Assembly: GCA_002308875.1 (NCBI GenBank)
Contig: DBWK01000063.1
Span: 42,495-89,128 of the forward strand
DNA length: 46,634 bases
Reading direction: 5' to 3'
From: Treponema sp. UBA1240
GTDB taxonomy: Bacteria > Spirochaetota > Spirochaetia > Treponematales > Treponemataceae
Shown: positions 26,003 through 35,766 of the stretch, piece after piece
How the letters are laid out: each line of letters begins with the position of its first letter
Numbering within the stretch: position 1 is the first letter of the stretch
Notes under the pieces: model-generated
The model's database searches: none
What the model was told of the DNA's origin: nothing
What the model saw: the letters and a program-made list of their open reading frames with translations, nothing else
Translations under genes and position numbers: made by a program

Positions 26003-27367
26003 ATCAACGTTGTTTACGTTTATAATTCTTGCTTTTACACGGTTGCCTGGAAAAACTTTGTTTTTTTGATTTTCATTCGTGGTGTCGTATTGTACAACTA
26101 CGGCGCCGTCAACATCCGGTGCCTGAAACCATGCTCTGCCTATAAAAAAGCCGGTTTCCTCATTTTCTTTTGTAGGAATAACTTCTTCAATCAAAATCTC
26201 AAAAACCTTGTCAATGTATTGTTTCAAATGCTCCGTTGTTATTTTTGTCTGAGCTTCTTCAATCAGTTCTTTACGTTGTTTTGCGATTTTTTTTGGCACA
26301 GACGGCCGTAGTTTTTCAGCGGCAGTTCCATCTTCTTTGCTGTAGGTAAAGCAGCCTGACCAGTTTGGTTTTATTGATTCAATGAATTTTACTGTATTTG
26401 TAAACTGATCTTCTGTTTCGGACGGAAAGCCGGTTAAAAACGTTGTACGTATTACGGCTTCCGGTAGTGTGCCGCGAATTTTATCGACAAGGCGGGTGTA
26501 CTGGGTACAATTCCCATGTCGGTTCATTTTTTTGATTATAGTGTCATCACCGCTTTGAAACGGAATGTCAAAGTAAGGCAAAAGCCTTGAGTCGTTTTTT
26601 ATTATTGGCAGGATATCGGGATTGAAATTGTCGGGGTGTATATATAACAACCGCAGCCAAAAATTGGTTTTTATTTTTGTTATTTCCGTAAGCAGTGAAG
26701 CAAGCGGGCTTATGTCCATTGTATTTTCTTCAAAATCTTTCCCGAATGAAGCTAAATCCTGACCTATTAGGTTAATTTCAAAAATGCCTTTGGAAATAAG
26801 TTGTTGTATTTCTTCAACAATTTCGTTTATTGAACGGCTGCGTAAATTCCCTCGTATAAGCGGTATAGCACAAAAAGAACACCTGTTGTTGCAGCCTTCC
26901 GTGATTTTTACATACGCGCTTGCCGGAAACGAAAAAAGTTCCGGTCTGGAACCCGAACAAACTCCGTTTTGAGGTTCAATTATAACCGGTATTTCTTTCT
27001 CTGTTGAAGAATTTGCAAACAGTTTTTGCACTATGTCTTTGATTTTTGAAATATCACCGTTTCCTAAGAAAGCATCCGCTTCTTCCAAGAACGGGCTTCC
27101 GTCATCTTTGCAGTAGCGTTCCGCAAGACAGCCTGCCAGTAAAATTTTGGCATTTGGATACTGTTTTTTTGCCTGAATTACGGCAGTTATTGATTCGAGT
27201 TTTGCGGACTCAATGAATCCGCATGAATTTACAATGAGTAATTTTGCTTTTTCAGCGGAATCTGTTCTTTCCCAGCCGATTTCTTTTAAATGACCTGTTA
27301 TTAGTTCCGCATCAACCTGATTTTTTGCACAGCCGTGCTGATCAATAAAAAACAACGGCTTAGTCAA
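25976..27367 (-). CDS. rimO: ribosomal protein S12 methylthiotransferase RimO
   Basis: 463 aa. It has an N-terminal ..HGCAKNQVDAE.. segment, the radical-SAM motif CNNRCSFCAIP, and a C-terminal TRAM-like domain. Confidence 0.75.
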   Translation of the reverse strand: MTKPLFFIDQHGCAKNQVDAELITGHLKEIGWERTDSAEKAKLLIVNSCGFIESAKLESITAVIQAKKQYPNAKILLAGCLAERYCKDDGSPFLEEADAFLGNGDISKIKDIVQKLFANSSTEKEIPVIIEPQNGVCSGSRPELFSFPASAYVKITEGCNNRCSFCAIPLIRGNLRSRSINEIVEEIQQLISKGIFEINLIGQDLASFGKDFEENTMDISPLASLLTEITKIKTNFWLRLLYIHPDNFNPDILPIIKNDSRLLPYFDIPFQSGDDTIIKKMNRHGNCTQYTRLVDKIRGTLPEAVIRTTFLTGFPSETEDQFTNTVKFIESIKPNWSGCFTYSKEDGTAAEKLRPSVPKKIAKQRKELIEEAQTKITTEHLKQYIDKVFEILIEEVIPTKENEETGFFIGRAWFQAPDVDGAVVVQYDTTNENQKNKVFPGNRVKARIINVNNVDLHGFMLVP

Positions 27368-28472
27368 CGTTCAAAACCACCAGCTTGTATTTATCGTCTT
27401 CCTTGACCCACTTGATGTCTTCTACAAGAACTTGTCCTTTTCTGCCTCGTTCGAGGTTTACGGTTTTTCCGTCACCAATAATCTGTATTGCCAAAGTATT
27501 TGCGTTTGACATCCATATTCTTATGCCGTTGTTCGCAGTTATTGTAATTGTTTCTCCTGCTTTGACGTAGGTTTCTACGGGATCTCTGTTGTCAATTTTG
27601 TATCTGAAAAGGCATACACCGTTGAATACTGCGCTTAAAGTAACCGGATAGGCTTTTGTTCCGTCAAATATAATTTTTCTGTTTTGTTCTGAATCTGTCG
27701 TTTCTACAATAAAATCAGTTCCTTCTCCGGATTCATCGACGGCAGGTAAATCAAATGTAAATGCATTCATATTATCATTTGAGATAACCATCATCTGAAC
27801 TTCAGCACCTTTGTCAGCATCCAGTTTTGAAATATCAGAAAGGAACAAAACAATTTCTCCGCCCGGAATACCGTTAAGATCAATTTCCGTTTCTTCGCCA
27901 AGCTCTATAATTTGTGTTCCCTGCGGAGTTTCAAGTTCCAACGAATCCAATGTATTTTTTACCGTGAGTTCAACAATTTCATCTTCAAGCTTTACCTGGA
28001 TTTTATCGTCTTTGTAAAGACGTTTTTGTATAGGTGTTGTATCAAGAAAATAAACGTTCTGTTTGGGAATTGAAGCTATCAATTCTTTTCGTTGTGCTTC
28101 TTTCTTTTTGTTTGATGATACGGCAAGTACTGTTATTACCGTTATAAGTACGGCGGCAAAAACTCCGGCGATTACAAAATGCCATGGAAAACGTTTTTTT
28201 GATTCGAGCAGCAAATCCAACGGAGCTGATGAAAGCTGTACCTTTGTTTTTTCGTACATGCCCAAAACTTCGGTCGGATTAAGCTGAAGATATTCCGCGT
28301 AATTCTGCAGAAAGCCCTTTACGTATGTTTCACCAGGCAGAAATGTGAGCTGTTCCTTTTCCAAACAGTCCAAGTATTTTTTTGGGATACGGGTTTTTTC
28401 CGCGGCTTCTTCAAGATCTATGCCTCTTGCTTCCCGTGTCTTTTGTAATACTACTCCAAAACTTTCTACCAT
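27360..28472 (-). CDS. rodZ: RodZ-like cytoskeleton protein (HTH + TM + DUF4115)
   Basis: 370 aa. It has an N-terminal HTH (..LQKTREARGIDLEEAAEKTRIPKKYLDCLEKEQ..), a single TM segment, and a C-terminal beta-rich domain. It overlaps the rimO start by 8 nt. Confidence 0.65.
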   Translation of the reverse strand: MVESFGVVLQKTREARGIDLEEAAEKTRIPKKYLDCLEKEQLTFLPGETYVKGFLQNYAEYLQLNPTEVLGMYEKTKVQLSSAPLDLLLESKKRFPWHFVIAGVFAAVLITVITVLAVSSNKKKEAQRKELIASIPKQNVYFLDTTPIQKRLYKDDKIQVKLEDEIVELTVKNTLDSLELETPQGTQIIELGEETEIDLNGIPGGEIVLFLSDISKLDADKGAEVQMMVISNDNMNAFTFDLPAVDESGEGTDFIVETTDSEQNRKIIFDGTKAYPVTLSAVFNGVCLFRYKIDNRDPVETYVKAGETITITANNGIRIWMSNANTLAIQIIGDGKTVNLERGRKGQVLVEDIKWVKEDDKYKLVVLNVD

Positions 28473-28542
28473 TTTATGACAGCCAACCTATCTTTTATTA
28501 AAAAAATCAACGCCTTTAATAATATATTATCGGTGTGAGTTC

Positions 28543-29220
28543 TTATTCCGTGTACAAAAAATTATTATATGTATTTGCCGAAGAAGGAGCATCGTATATA
28601 AATCGTGTATCCGGAATATTCTGATTCAATGCATAATTTGTAAAATTAAATACAAAATTTTCGTAATTTACGGATGTTGCTTCTATTCTTCGTATAAGCT
28701 TTGTATCAGGATTAATTGCAAGTTTTATGGTTCTGAAACCTTCCGAATTAGTTTTCCGCGATAATAGCAGTTTTACAACATGTTCGGGATTTCCCTCATC
28801 AAGTGCAACTGCCTGTGGTCCGGTTTCATAAGCGATGGAATAGTAGCGACTTAACAGTGTAAGTCCCTGTGGTGTTGCTAGATTTGCACCTGTGCTTGAG
28901 CCGGAAGAAGAAACTTCCTGATTAAAAATGGCACGCGAATCCGGAAGATAAACGGTAAGAGTGTTTCCGTTAAAGCAAATTACCTGTGTATCAGGTTTTG
29001 AAAAATCAATTCTCATTAGATTTGGTCGTTTGAACGAAACTCTTCCGGTCATTTCTTTTGATTTATTGTCAATAATACTTATAGAAGATTCGTAATCAGA
29101 TAATGTTCCGTAATACTCCGAAACAGATTGGAAAAATGCACCTGCAGTAAGAATGTCCTGACAAAAAGCAGTTGTACAGAATAAAATTGCAGAAAAACAA
29201 AGCGCAAAAGCTTTTTTCAT
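28543..29220 (-). CDS. LolA-like outer-membrane lipoprotein carrier/sorting protein
   Basis: 225 aa with a signal peptide. ..GRVSFKRPNLMRIDFSKPDTQVICFNGNTLTVYLP.. is typical of the LolA fold family. Confidence 0.55.
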   Translation of the reverse strand: MKKAFALCFSAILFCTTAFCQDILTAGAFFQSVSEYYGTLSDYESSISIIDNKSKEMTGRVSFKRPNLMRIDFSKPDTQVICFNGNTLTVYLPDSRAIFNQEVSSSGSSTGANLATPQGLTLLSRYYSIAYETGPQAVALDEGNPEHVVKLLLSRKTNSEGFRTIKLAINPDTKLIRRIEATSVNYENFVFNFTNYALNQNIPDTRFIYDAPSSANTYNNFLYTE

Positions 29221-29297
29221 AAAATAACGCCTCTTTCTTGATATCTGTATATTATATATAGTAAAACAGAAACAGGCTTTACAGTCAATAGTAAAAG

Positions 29298-29519
29298 TTA
29301 ATATCCAGGCTTCAGAAACACTTCCTGGTTTTTGGGGTCGGTTATTTTTTTGTAAACTTTTTCATTCCATTCTTCTTGCGGAACATCCTGAATGCTTACG
29401 GAAAAATGCTCAATTCCTCTGCCTAATTCGACGGCTGCACTTTTTGCCACAGCTTCAGCGAGTCTTTTCTTTATTTCGTCATCCCTTCCCGGATACATTT
29501 GTATTGTAATGTGCGGCAT
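29298..29519 (-). CDS. 4-oxalocrotonate tautomerase family protein
   Basis: 73 aa, MPHITIQMYPGR.. with the catalytic Pro1 after Met removal. AAGGAGAG upstream. Confidence 0.75.
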   Translation of the reverse strand: MPHITIQMYPGRDDEIKKRLAEAVAKSAAVELGRGIEHFSVSIQDVPQEEWNEKVYKKITDPKNQEVFLKPGY

Positions 29520-29532
29520 GGTACAGCTCTCC

Positions 29533-30792
29533 TTATGTGGCTCTGATAGCCTTGCGCTGTTCTACAAGACGCTGAAGTTCACCAATATTCTTTACGATTA
29601 TGTTGTTTTCTATTATCTCAATTCTGTGTTTTTCAATAAAGCGGTTGATTTCATCTTTTGTATCTTCAAGCGGCAGACCAGCCCAGTGTGCAACGTCCTG
29701 AATTGTACAGTTAAAGCGGCGTGTCATGCTGGCTGTGTTCGGCTGTGACTGCGTTTCATCCAGCATAAGGAATACGTCTCCGATGCGGGCTGTTATGTCA
29801 GAAATTACAAGAATTCTCAAACGGCGCTTTTGTTCGTATATACGCTTGCAGAACATTTTCAACAGGATGAGAGCAACTTGAGGATTTCCTGTTATAAGAA
29901 GCTCAAAATTTGCCTTATTGAATTCAAGAGCCTGAACTGTGTCTATTGCGATACATGTTGCGGAACGCGGTGTGTTCTCCAAAATAGCCATTTCGCCGAA
30001 AAATTCGGAAGGACCCAAAATATCGATGTGTTTGTTTGTTCCGTTGAAAGTTTTAACCAGCTGTACACGACCGGATTGAATCAGATAAAAGCAATCACCA
30101 GGCTCATGTTCCGCTATTAATACTTCACCCGGTTTGTAAGTTTTCTGAAAACGGGAGAAAGCCGGCAGCGCAAACTGTTTCATCGCGATTGTCTGTGAGG
30201 CATCCGCCGTGGATTCAATTGCGGTATCGATTGTTTTGTTGCCGGGACGGTTGGCTTCAATCTCATATTTGCGTTTTGCATCTGACATAATCTTGGCAAG
30301 TTCCATTTTTTTGGAAGTAGTCGGGAACTTTGTAAGATAACGTTTACACAAATCAAACGCAGTAAGGTAGCTGCCGTCATTAAAGAATGTGGATGCAACA
30401 TCAAGAATTCCATCGTCAATGCTTTCGTCAACACTATTAAGAATTGATTGAATTTTGTGATGTATGGAACGAAGCTGACCTGAAAATACACGGAGCATTT
30501 TCATGATAACTGCTTTATTACTGCTGAAAAGTTGTTCAAATTCAAGAACCGTCATTGAGATAGCTTGTGTATCAGTAACAACACGAACTGTTTCTTCTCG
30601 CGGGAAATGACCTAAAGCCGATTTTACACCAAAAAATTCACCTTCTCTGACGCTTTCAGCAGATTCTTTTCCTGTTTCAACATCTATGGAACTAAGAATA
30701 ACAGTACCGCGCTGGAGAATAAAAATACGTTCGTCTTTATCACCTTCAAAGTAGATGACAGATCCTCTAGAATATTGCATCGATTTTGGCAT
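29533..30792 (-). CDS. Crp/Fnr-like regulator with two cyclic-nucleotide-binding domains and a C-terminal wHTH
   Basis: 419 aa. The first cNMP domain has GEFFGVKSALGHFPREETV. The second has the canonical GEMAILENTPRSATCIA. The C-terminus (..TIQDVAHWAGLPLEDTKDEINRFIEKHRIEI..) is Crp-type HTH-like. Confidence 0.7.
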   Translation of the reverse strand: MPKSMQYSRGSVIYFEGDKDERIFILQRGTVILSSIDVETGKESAESVREGEFFGVKSALGHFPREETVRVVTDTQAISMTVLEFEQLFSSNKAVIMKMLRVFSGQLRSIHHKIQSILNSVDESIDDGILDVASTFFNDGSYLTAFDLCKRYLTKFPTTSKKMELAKIMSDAKRKYEIEANRPGNKTIDTAIESTADASQTIAMKQFALPAFSRFQKTYKPGEVLIAEHEPGDCFYLIQSGRVQLVKTFNGTNKHIDILGPSEFFGEMAILENTPRSATCIAIDTVQALEFNKANFELLITGNPQVALILLKMFCKRIYEQKRRLRILVISDITARIGDVFLMLDETQSQPNTASMTRRFNCTIQDVAHWAGLPLEDTKDEINRFIEKHRIEIIENNIIVKNIGELQRLVEQRKAIRAT

Positions 30793-30837
30793 GTAACATA
30801 CTTCCTAAATACTATTGTATCATATTTATTAAATTTA

Positions 30838-30846
30838 TGCTATTGT
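30838..30846 (+). promoter_or_regulatory. extended -10 element (TGc-TATTGT) 6 nt upstream of the PHP-gene ATG
   Basis: TG at 30838-30839 and the hexamer at 30841-30846, followed by six T and the ATG at 30853. No Shine-Dalgarno sequence. The -35 is weak. Confidence 0.3.
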
Positions 30847-30852
30847 TTTTTT

Positions 30853-31707
30853 ATGATTGATTTGCATACACATTCTAAAATATCGGACGGTTCTTTAAAT
30901 CCCAGTACAATTATATCCTGTGCAAAGGAAGAAGGCCTTTCTGTACTTGCACTAACGGATCATGATTCGGTTGACGGAATACTGGAAGCCGCCTCTGCTG
31001 CGGAAAAAGCAAACATAGTGTTTGTTCCCGGTACAGAATTAAATATTGAATGGAATACAGGCGAATTTCATCTGCTGGGGCTTGGTCTTAAAGAAATTGA
31101 TAAATCACTTGAAAATATACTAGCAGATCTTATGGAAGGAAGAATCAGCCGGAATAAGATTATGATAGAAAAGATGCGTGATGATGGATTTGATGTTTCC
31201 TATTCTGAGTTGTGTGAAACAGTCGGTAATTCTTACATAGGGCGCCCTCATTTTGCTGAATATTTTGTAAAAAAAGGCTTTGTAAAAAATCGGCAGCAGG
31301 CGTTTGACAAATTCCTTGCACACGGCAGACCTTATTATGAAAAAAGAACAGGATGCAATTTGGATGATGCAATCAGCGCAATTTTTGCAAGTGGAGGTGT
31401 TCCTGTTCTGGCACATCCGCTTTCGCTTTATGTTTCCTGGGGAAAAATGGAAGGAGTGTTGCAGGATTTGTATGCACGCGGTGTACGCGGTATTGAAGCT
31501 TATCATCCTGGAGCAAGGGTTGGGGAGTGTCTGCGACTTGAGGAACTTGGGCGAAAACTCGGTTTTTTTATAACAGCCGGTAGTGATTTTCACGGCAAGG
31601 ATGTAAGAAAAGACCGCCGCCTCGGGTATACCTGCGGAAACCGCAAAATTGAAGACCGTTTTTGGTATGAGGAATTACTGTCGTTCCTTGATAAAAACAC
31701 TGTATAA
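30853..31707 (+). CDS. PHP-domain phosphoesterase (TrpH/YciV, RNase AM-like)
   Basis: The ORF track starts at 30775. I prefer ATG 30853 (MIDLHTHSKISDGS..). ALTDHD, GTE, LAHP, GIEAYH and GSDFHG are all present. Confidence 0.85.
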   Translation: MIDLHTHSKISDGSLNPSTIISCAKEEGLSVLALTDHDSVDGILEAASAAEKANIVFVPGTELNIEWNTGEFHLLGLGLKEIDKSLENILADLMEGRISRNKIMIEKMRDDGFDVSYSELCETVGNSYIGRPHFAEYFVKKGFVKNRQQAFDKFLAHGRPYYEKRTGCNLDDAISAIFASGGVPVLAHPLSLYVSWGKMEGVLQDLYARGVRGIEAYHPGARVGECLRLEELGRKLGFFITAGSDFHGKDVRKDRRLGYTCGNRKIEDRFWYEELLSFLDKNTV

Positions 31708-31712
31708 GTATT

Positions 31713-33983
31713 TCATCGGACGGTAAGAATAAAAAAACTGTAGAAGCCGTCCCAGTCAAGTGCGTCTTTTCTTTCGGCAAATACTGACAGAATTTTTTTT
31801 ATCTGTTCAAGTTCTTTTTCTTTGCAGTTCTGCAAAAGAAAGCTGCCGTATTCGGAATTTCGGCTGAACCACAAATTTATGTCTTTAATGGTAATCTGTC
31901 TTTTGCCTGTAATTTTTTCCGATTCATATTCGACCGTAAATTCGTTCTGTTCGGCGGTTCGTGCAGTTATATCTTCGTCCCATGAGAAGATGCTGTTTTC
32001 CGGTTGTTCAAAATAAAGCTTTTCTACTTTTTCAAAATTCTCTGCAAGTTCAGTTTCAGCGGTATATTTTTTTATCAGTGCGGAAAGACGCTGACTTTTT
32101 GCGGGTATTTTTTGCGTTATGCACAATTTGGTGTTAAGGGAAAAAAGTGGGTTTGTTTTTAATTCATTCATCCAGTAATGGAAAAAATCCAGCTGTGTTT
32201 TTTGTGTTGAAAACGGGTCGCGGAAAAAAACGTTGTCAAAACAAACATCCGGCAGATTGTTGAGTGATGTTGCAAAAAACGGTCTGTCTATTTCAGGCAA
32301 GGTTGAAGCATATTTTTCCAGAATTTCACGGCCTTGTTCGGTTTTGCACAAACCGCACGAAAATCCTTCTGGAGAACGGCGCAAAGATTCCCATACAAAA
32401 AGACCGTCGTCAGCATTTGTAATAAGGTTCCTTGAATGGCGCACAAGCTTTGCGTTGTCCATAAGCTTGTTTCTTATTGCAAGCAGCGTTTGAGCACGAC
32501 CTTCTTCCGTACGTTTCTGCCAGCTTTCAAGCGACTTGTCCGTTGGTGAATATGTAAGGTTTTCGCCGGTTTTTATTTCACCGTTTTTAAGGTGTTCCGC
32601 TTCCCACCATTCGCCTACAGGGTTTGTCTGATCTCCGTTATCCGTAATGTTTTCAAGAATTGCGGCAACTTGCAGTTCGCGTCTTGAAAGTACTTCTTCC
32701 CGTATTTGTTTTTCATATCCCTGTTCACCCGGCGTGTAAAAAACTCTGCCTATGAGCGCATCAGGAAGATATTGCTGTGCAACCCAGTGATCACGATATG
32801 CGTGCGGATACAAATACCCGGCTCCGTGCCCAAAGCCTTCGCTGTCTCTGCTCGAATCCCGAAGGTGGTTTGGAACTTCAGCATCTTCCGCTTGAACGGT
32901 TTTGAGTGCGTCAAAAAAAGCCATCGCGCTGTTAGATTTTGGTGCCGTTGCAAGGTAGAGTGCTGCCTGGGTCAGCATATATCGTCCTTCCGGTAATCCT
33001 ATGCGATCAAAAGCTGCCGCACAGCTTTCTACTACGCCTATTGCCGCAGGGTCTGCAAGTCCTGTATCCTCGCATGCGGATATAATCATTCTGCGGAAAA
33101 TAAAATGCGGGTCTTCCCCGGCGGAAATCATTCTTGCCATCCAGTATAATGCTGCGTCGGGATCACGCCCCCTCAAACTTTTTATAAAGGCACTTATTAT
33201 GTCGTAGTGGTAATCACCGTCCTTGTCATACAAAACAACTTTTTTTTGTATGCTTTCCTCTGCTGTTTCTTTTGTTATGTAAATTGTTTCGTTTGGTGCA
33301 GGCGGCCATTGTTCGGGTGTTGTTTCAACAGCAAGTTCCAGTGCGTTAAGCAAGTTCCTTGCGTCTCCGTTCGCTGTGTCAATGAGATGTTCCATTGCGC
33401 CCTGTTCAAACTGTATATGCCAGTTGCCGTATCCGCGTTCTTTGTCACTAATTGTGTTTTCAACGGCTTTTTTCAAGTCGTCTTTTGTAAGTGGTTTCAG
33501 CTGAAAAACACGGCTTCTGCTTACGAGTGCTTTGTTTACTTCGAAAAAAGGATTTTCTGTAGTTGCACCGACGAGAATCAGAGTTCCGTTTTCAACCCAA
33601 GGCAGCAGGGCATCCTGCTGAGATTTGTTCCAACGGTGAACTTCGTCCACAAAGAGAATTGTTTTGCGGTTATAAAGCTTGTACTGCTCATCCGCCTGAG
33701 AAATAGCGTCTCGTATAGACTGTACACCGGTCAGAACCGCATTAAGAGTTATAAAGTTACTTTTAGTGTGATTTGCAATGACTCTTGCAAGTGTTGTTTT
33801 GCCTGTACCCGGCGGACCGTAGAAAATGACGGAAGTAAGCTGGTCAGCGGCAATGGCACGTCTTAAAAGTCTTCCCTTGCCTACAATGTGTTCCTGTCCT
33901 ATAAACTCGTCAAGGTTTCGGGGACGCATACGCGCAGCAAGTGGTTCGTGGGTACTGTCTGTTTTTTGGTCAAACAAGTCCAT
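31713..33983 (-). CDS. rarA: replication-associated recombination protein A (RarA/MgsA AAA+ ATPase) with a ~320-aa C-terminal extension
   Basis: 756 aa. ..[20 protein letters not shown].., Walker [10 protein letters not shown], Walker [11 protein letters not shown], and the MgsA C-domain (..[19 protein letters not shown]..) run to about residue 435. An unrelated tail follows. Confidence 0.85.
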   Translation of the reverse strand: MDLFDQKTDSTHEPLAARMRPRNLDEFIGQEHIVGKGRLLRRAIAADQLTSVIFYGPPGTGKTTLARVIANHTKSNFITLNAVLTGVQSIRDAISQADEQYKLYNRKTILFVDEVHRWNKSQQDALLPWVENGTLILVGATTENPFFEVNKALVSRSRVFQLKPLTKDDLKKAVENTISDKERGYGNWHIQFEQGAMEHLIDTANGDARNLLNALELAVETTPEQWPPAPNETIYITKETAEESIQKKVVLYDKDGDYHYDIISAFIKSLRGRDPDAALYWMARMISAGEDPHFIFRRMIISACEDTGLADPAAIGVVESCAAAFDRIGLPEGRYMLTQAALYLATAPKSNSAMAFFDALKTVQAEDAEVPNHLRDSSRDSEGFGHGAGYLYPHAYRDHWVAQQYLPDALIGRVFYTPGEQGYEKQIREEVLSRRELQVAAILENITDNGDQTNPVGEWWEAEHLKNGEIKTGENLTYSPTDKSLESWQKRTEEGRAQTLLAIRNKLMDNAKLVRHSRNLITNADDGLFVWESLRRSPEGFSCGLCKTEQGREILEKYASTLPEIDRPFFATSLNNLPDVCFDNVFFRDPFSTQKTQLDFFHYWMNELKTNPLFSLNTKLCITQKIPAKSQRLSALIKKYTAETELAENFEKVEKLYFEQPENSIFSWDEDITARTAEQNEFTVEYESEKITGKRQITIKDINLWFSRNSEYGSFLLQNCKEKELEQIKKILSVFAERKDALDWDGFYSFFILTVR

Positions 33984-33997
33984 TTTGAAAGAAAAAG

Positions 33998-34978
33998 CTA
34001 TTCAATGTTCCAGCCTGCTGAACCCGGATAATATGCCCACAGACCTGTTCGCGAAGAAGGCTGCATATATACGGACATATAAATTACACCGTTGATATTT
34101 CTTAAGAACTTAATTTCACTTCCTGAAAAACCGCCTTGACTTGGATTTGTCAGCGATGTATCAGGATGTCCTGTCGCAAGATTATACGGTGTATATCCAC
34201 CATTGTAATGATTTGAGTCAAAACCCACGAAAAGATAGGTGTTGGAACCACTTGCAAAATAGGTTAGAGCTTTTATGTTATCTTTCCAAAGTTCATTGTT
34301 CTTGTCATCTAATACTGATAGATTATCTGATGTCCAGCCGGCGGTTTCATCTGTATTTGCCGTGATTGCTTCTGATGAGTGAAAATGTGTGGCTCCTCCC
34401 CAAAAAGCTGCACCTTTGGCATTGCCGCTGATGCTGGAGAAAGTTGCACCTGCCAGTTGAAATGTACCACCGGAACCGTTATTGAAAAAAGCTTGTCTGT
34501 TTGCACTGTCTTTTGCTTTGTTGTCAAAAAGCCAGCACCCTGAGCTACTTGTACTTGTTCCTGAAAGTCCTGTTGATGCAAAAGTACTGCCATTGGCAGA
34601 GTAATATACGGTACAAGTTCCGATATATGAATCCGATGTTTCTGATTCACTTGTTACTGCAAGAACATATAAATAACTGTTGTCTGCCGCTACGGAGATA
34701 ATTCTTCCCTGTACACCCTCCACTGGTACCTGTGTCCATCCTGCACCGGCTCCTGCGCCTTTTGTATTCAAAGAACCGTTGCATGAATAGAGATTAGATC
34801 CAAACTGACACATTCTGTTAACAATATTGACAACACTACGGTTGTTAAGTTTTACTTCGCGTTCGATTGTGGCGTAAATACCGCCGCCTGAGCCACTACA
34901 AGTAAACAATACTGCTGAAATCGCCATTATCAACATAAAGGGTAATAATTTTTTGATTTTAAATATAATTCTTTTCAT
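33998..34978 (-). CDS. hypothetical lipoprotein (Gly/Ser/Thr/Asn-rich, beta-rich)
   Basis: 326 aa with a signal peptide and lipobox (..SAVLFTCSGSGGG). I recognise no family. Confidence 0.45.
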   Translation of the reverse strand: MKRIIFKIKKLLPFMLIMAISAVLFTCSGSGGGIYATIEREVKLNNRSVVNIVNRMCQFGSNLYSCNGSLNTKGAGAGAGWTQVPVEGVQGRIISVAADNSYLYVLAVTSESETSDSYIGTCTVYYSANGSTFASTGLSGTSTSSSGCWLFDNKAKDSANRQAFFNNGSGGTFQLAGATFSSISGNAKGAAFWGGATHFHSSEAITANTDETAGWTSDNLSVLDDKNNELWKDNIKALTYFASGSNTYLFVGFDSNHYNGGYTPYNLATGHPDTSLTNPSQGGFSGSEIKFLRNINGVIYMSVYMQPSSRTGLWAYYPGSAGWNIE

Positions 34979-34989
34979 TTTTTTACTGT

Positions 34990-35589
34990 TTAGAAATGGT
35001 ATCTTAGGGTAAGACCTGCATAAGCTGCATAACCTGTGCGATTCTGAGTTGTATCCTGATAAATTTGCGGTGTTATGGTAGCACCCGCTGTTATTCCAAG
35101 AGACCAGTCAGCAGAGTATCTGTAGAACAAACCAATTTCCGGTTTTGCTATCGGTCCGAAGTATATTTTATCAAGATAGGACTCAAGAGCACCTCCTACG
35201 GAAATTGAAACTGGAATTTCAAACCGCCCGAACGCAATTTGAAAAATTCCCTTTGCCATAATAGGAACCATATAATAGATATTGCTTCCCATTGTTCTGA
35301 AATAATCAAAATCCATACTTGCACCGAAGGCAATGGTTGAAGAGATGTTCCTGTTGTATCCCAGCGTAGCACTACCGCCCCAACCGAGCTTTCTTGGCTG
35401 TAATGCGTAATTACCTGCAAGACCGATATTTATAGTCTGATCACCTTTTTGGTTTATTTCAGCTCCGACAAAAGAATCTTCCGGAAAAGAAGAATCCGCA
35501 TGCTCTTCATATTCATATAATTCTTCTTCTGAAAAACAGGGTGAGAATAAACAAAGCATAAGTAAAACTATAAATAGAATACGTTTCAT
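34990..35589 (-). CDS. small outer-membrane beta-barrel protein
   Basis: 199 aa with a signal peptide and alternating hydrophobic strands. The C-terminus ..AGLTLRYHF ends in an aromatic residue, as in OMP barrels. GAGGA upstream. Confidence 0.5.
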   Translation of the reverse strand: MKRILFIVLLMLCLFSPCFSEEELYEYEEHADSSFPEDSFVGAEINQKGDQTINIGLAGNYALQPRKLGWGGSATLGYNRNISSTIAFGASMDFDYFRTMGSNIYYMVPIMAKGIFQIAFGRFEIPVSISVGGALESYLDKIYFGPIAKPEIGLFYRYSADWSLGITAGATITPQIYQDTTQNRTGYAAYAGLTLRYHF

Positions 35590-35766
35590 AAATCCTCAGT
35601 ATCTGATTAAAAGATATAGCATAAAAATCAGAAAATATGTACACTACAAATCATTGAATGCAGCTGAAAAAGTTTCTGATATCTTAACTTTTTTATCATT
35701 CTATCGTATTTGTATGTAAATGTCTATTGTCAAACAAAAAATTTAAATAATACGGGAGGCGGTGTT

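Noticed and set aside
28519-28530. 12-bp palindrome ATAATATATTAT between rodZ and the lolA-like gene; compared with dif/Xer sites.
   Set aside because: The flanks do not match the conserved XerD arm (TTATGTnAAnT). An A/T-only palindrome of this length is expected by chance in AT-rich spacers and is more likely a -10 region.
33207-33866. 219-aa plus-strand ORF (Cys/Phe-rich) inside rarA.
   Set aside because: It is a shadow ORF opposite the AAA+ core, with implausible composition.
33998-34978. Checked the lipoprotein C-terminus for a DGR variable region, because Treponema DGR targets are lipoproteins.
   Set aside because: There is no reverse transcriptase, no template repeat copy in the window, and no CLec/FGE-like Asn-rich C-terminal motif.
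35590-35766. Searched the folD upstream region for ZTP (pfl) or THF riboswitch cores.
   Set aside because: The region is AT-rich, with no CCGCCTGGG-type pseudoknot element or other conserved cores visible.
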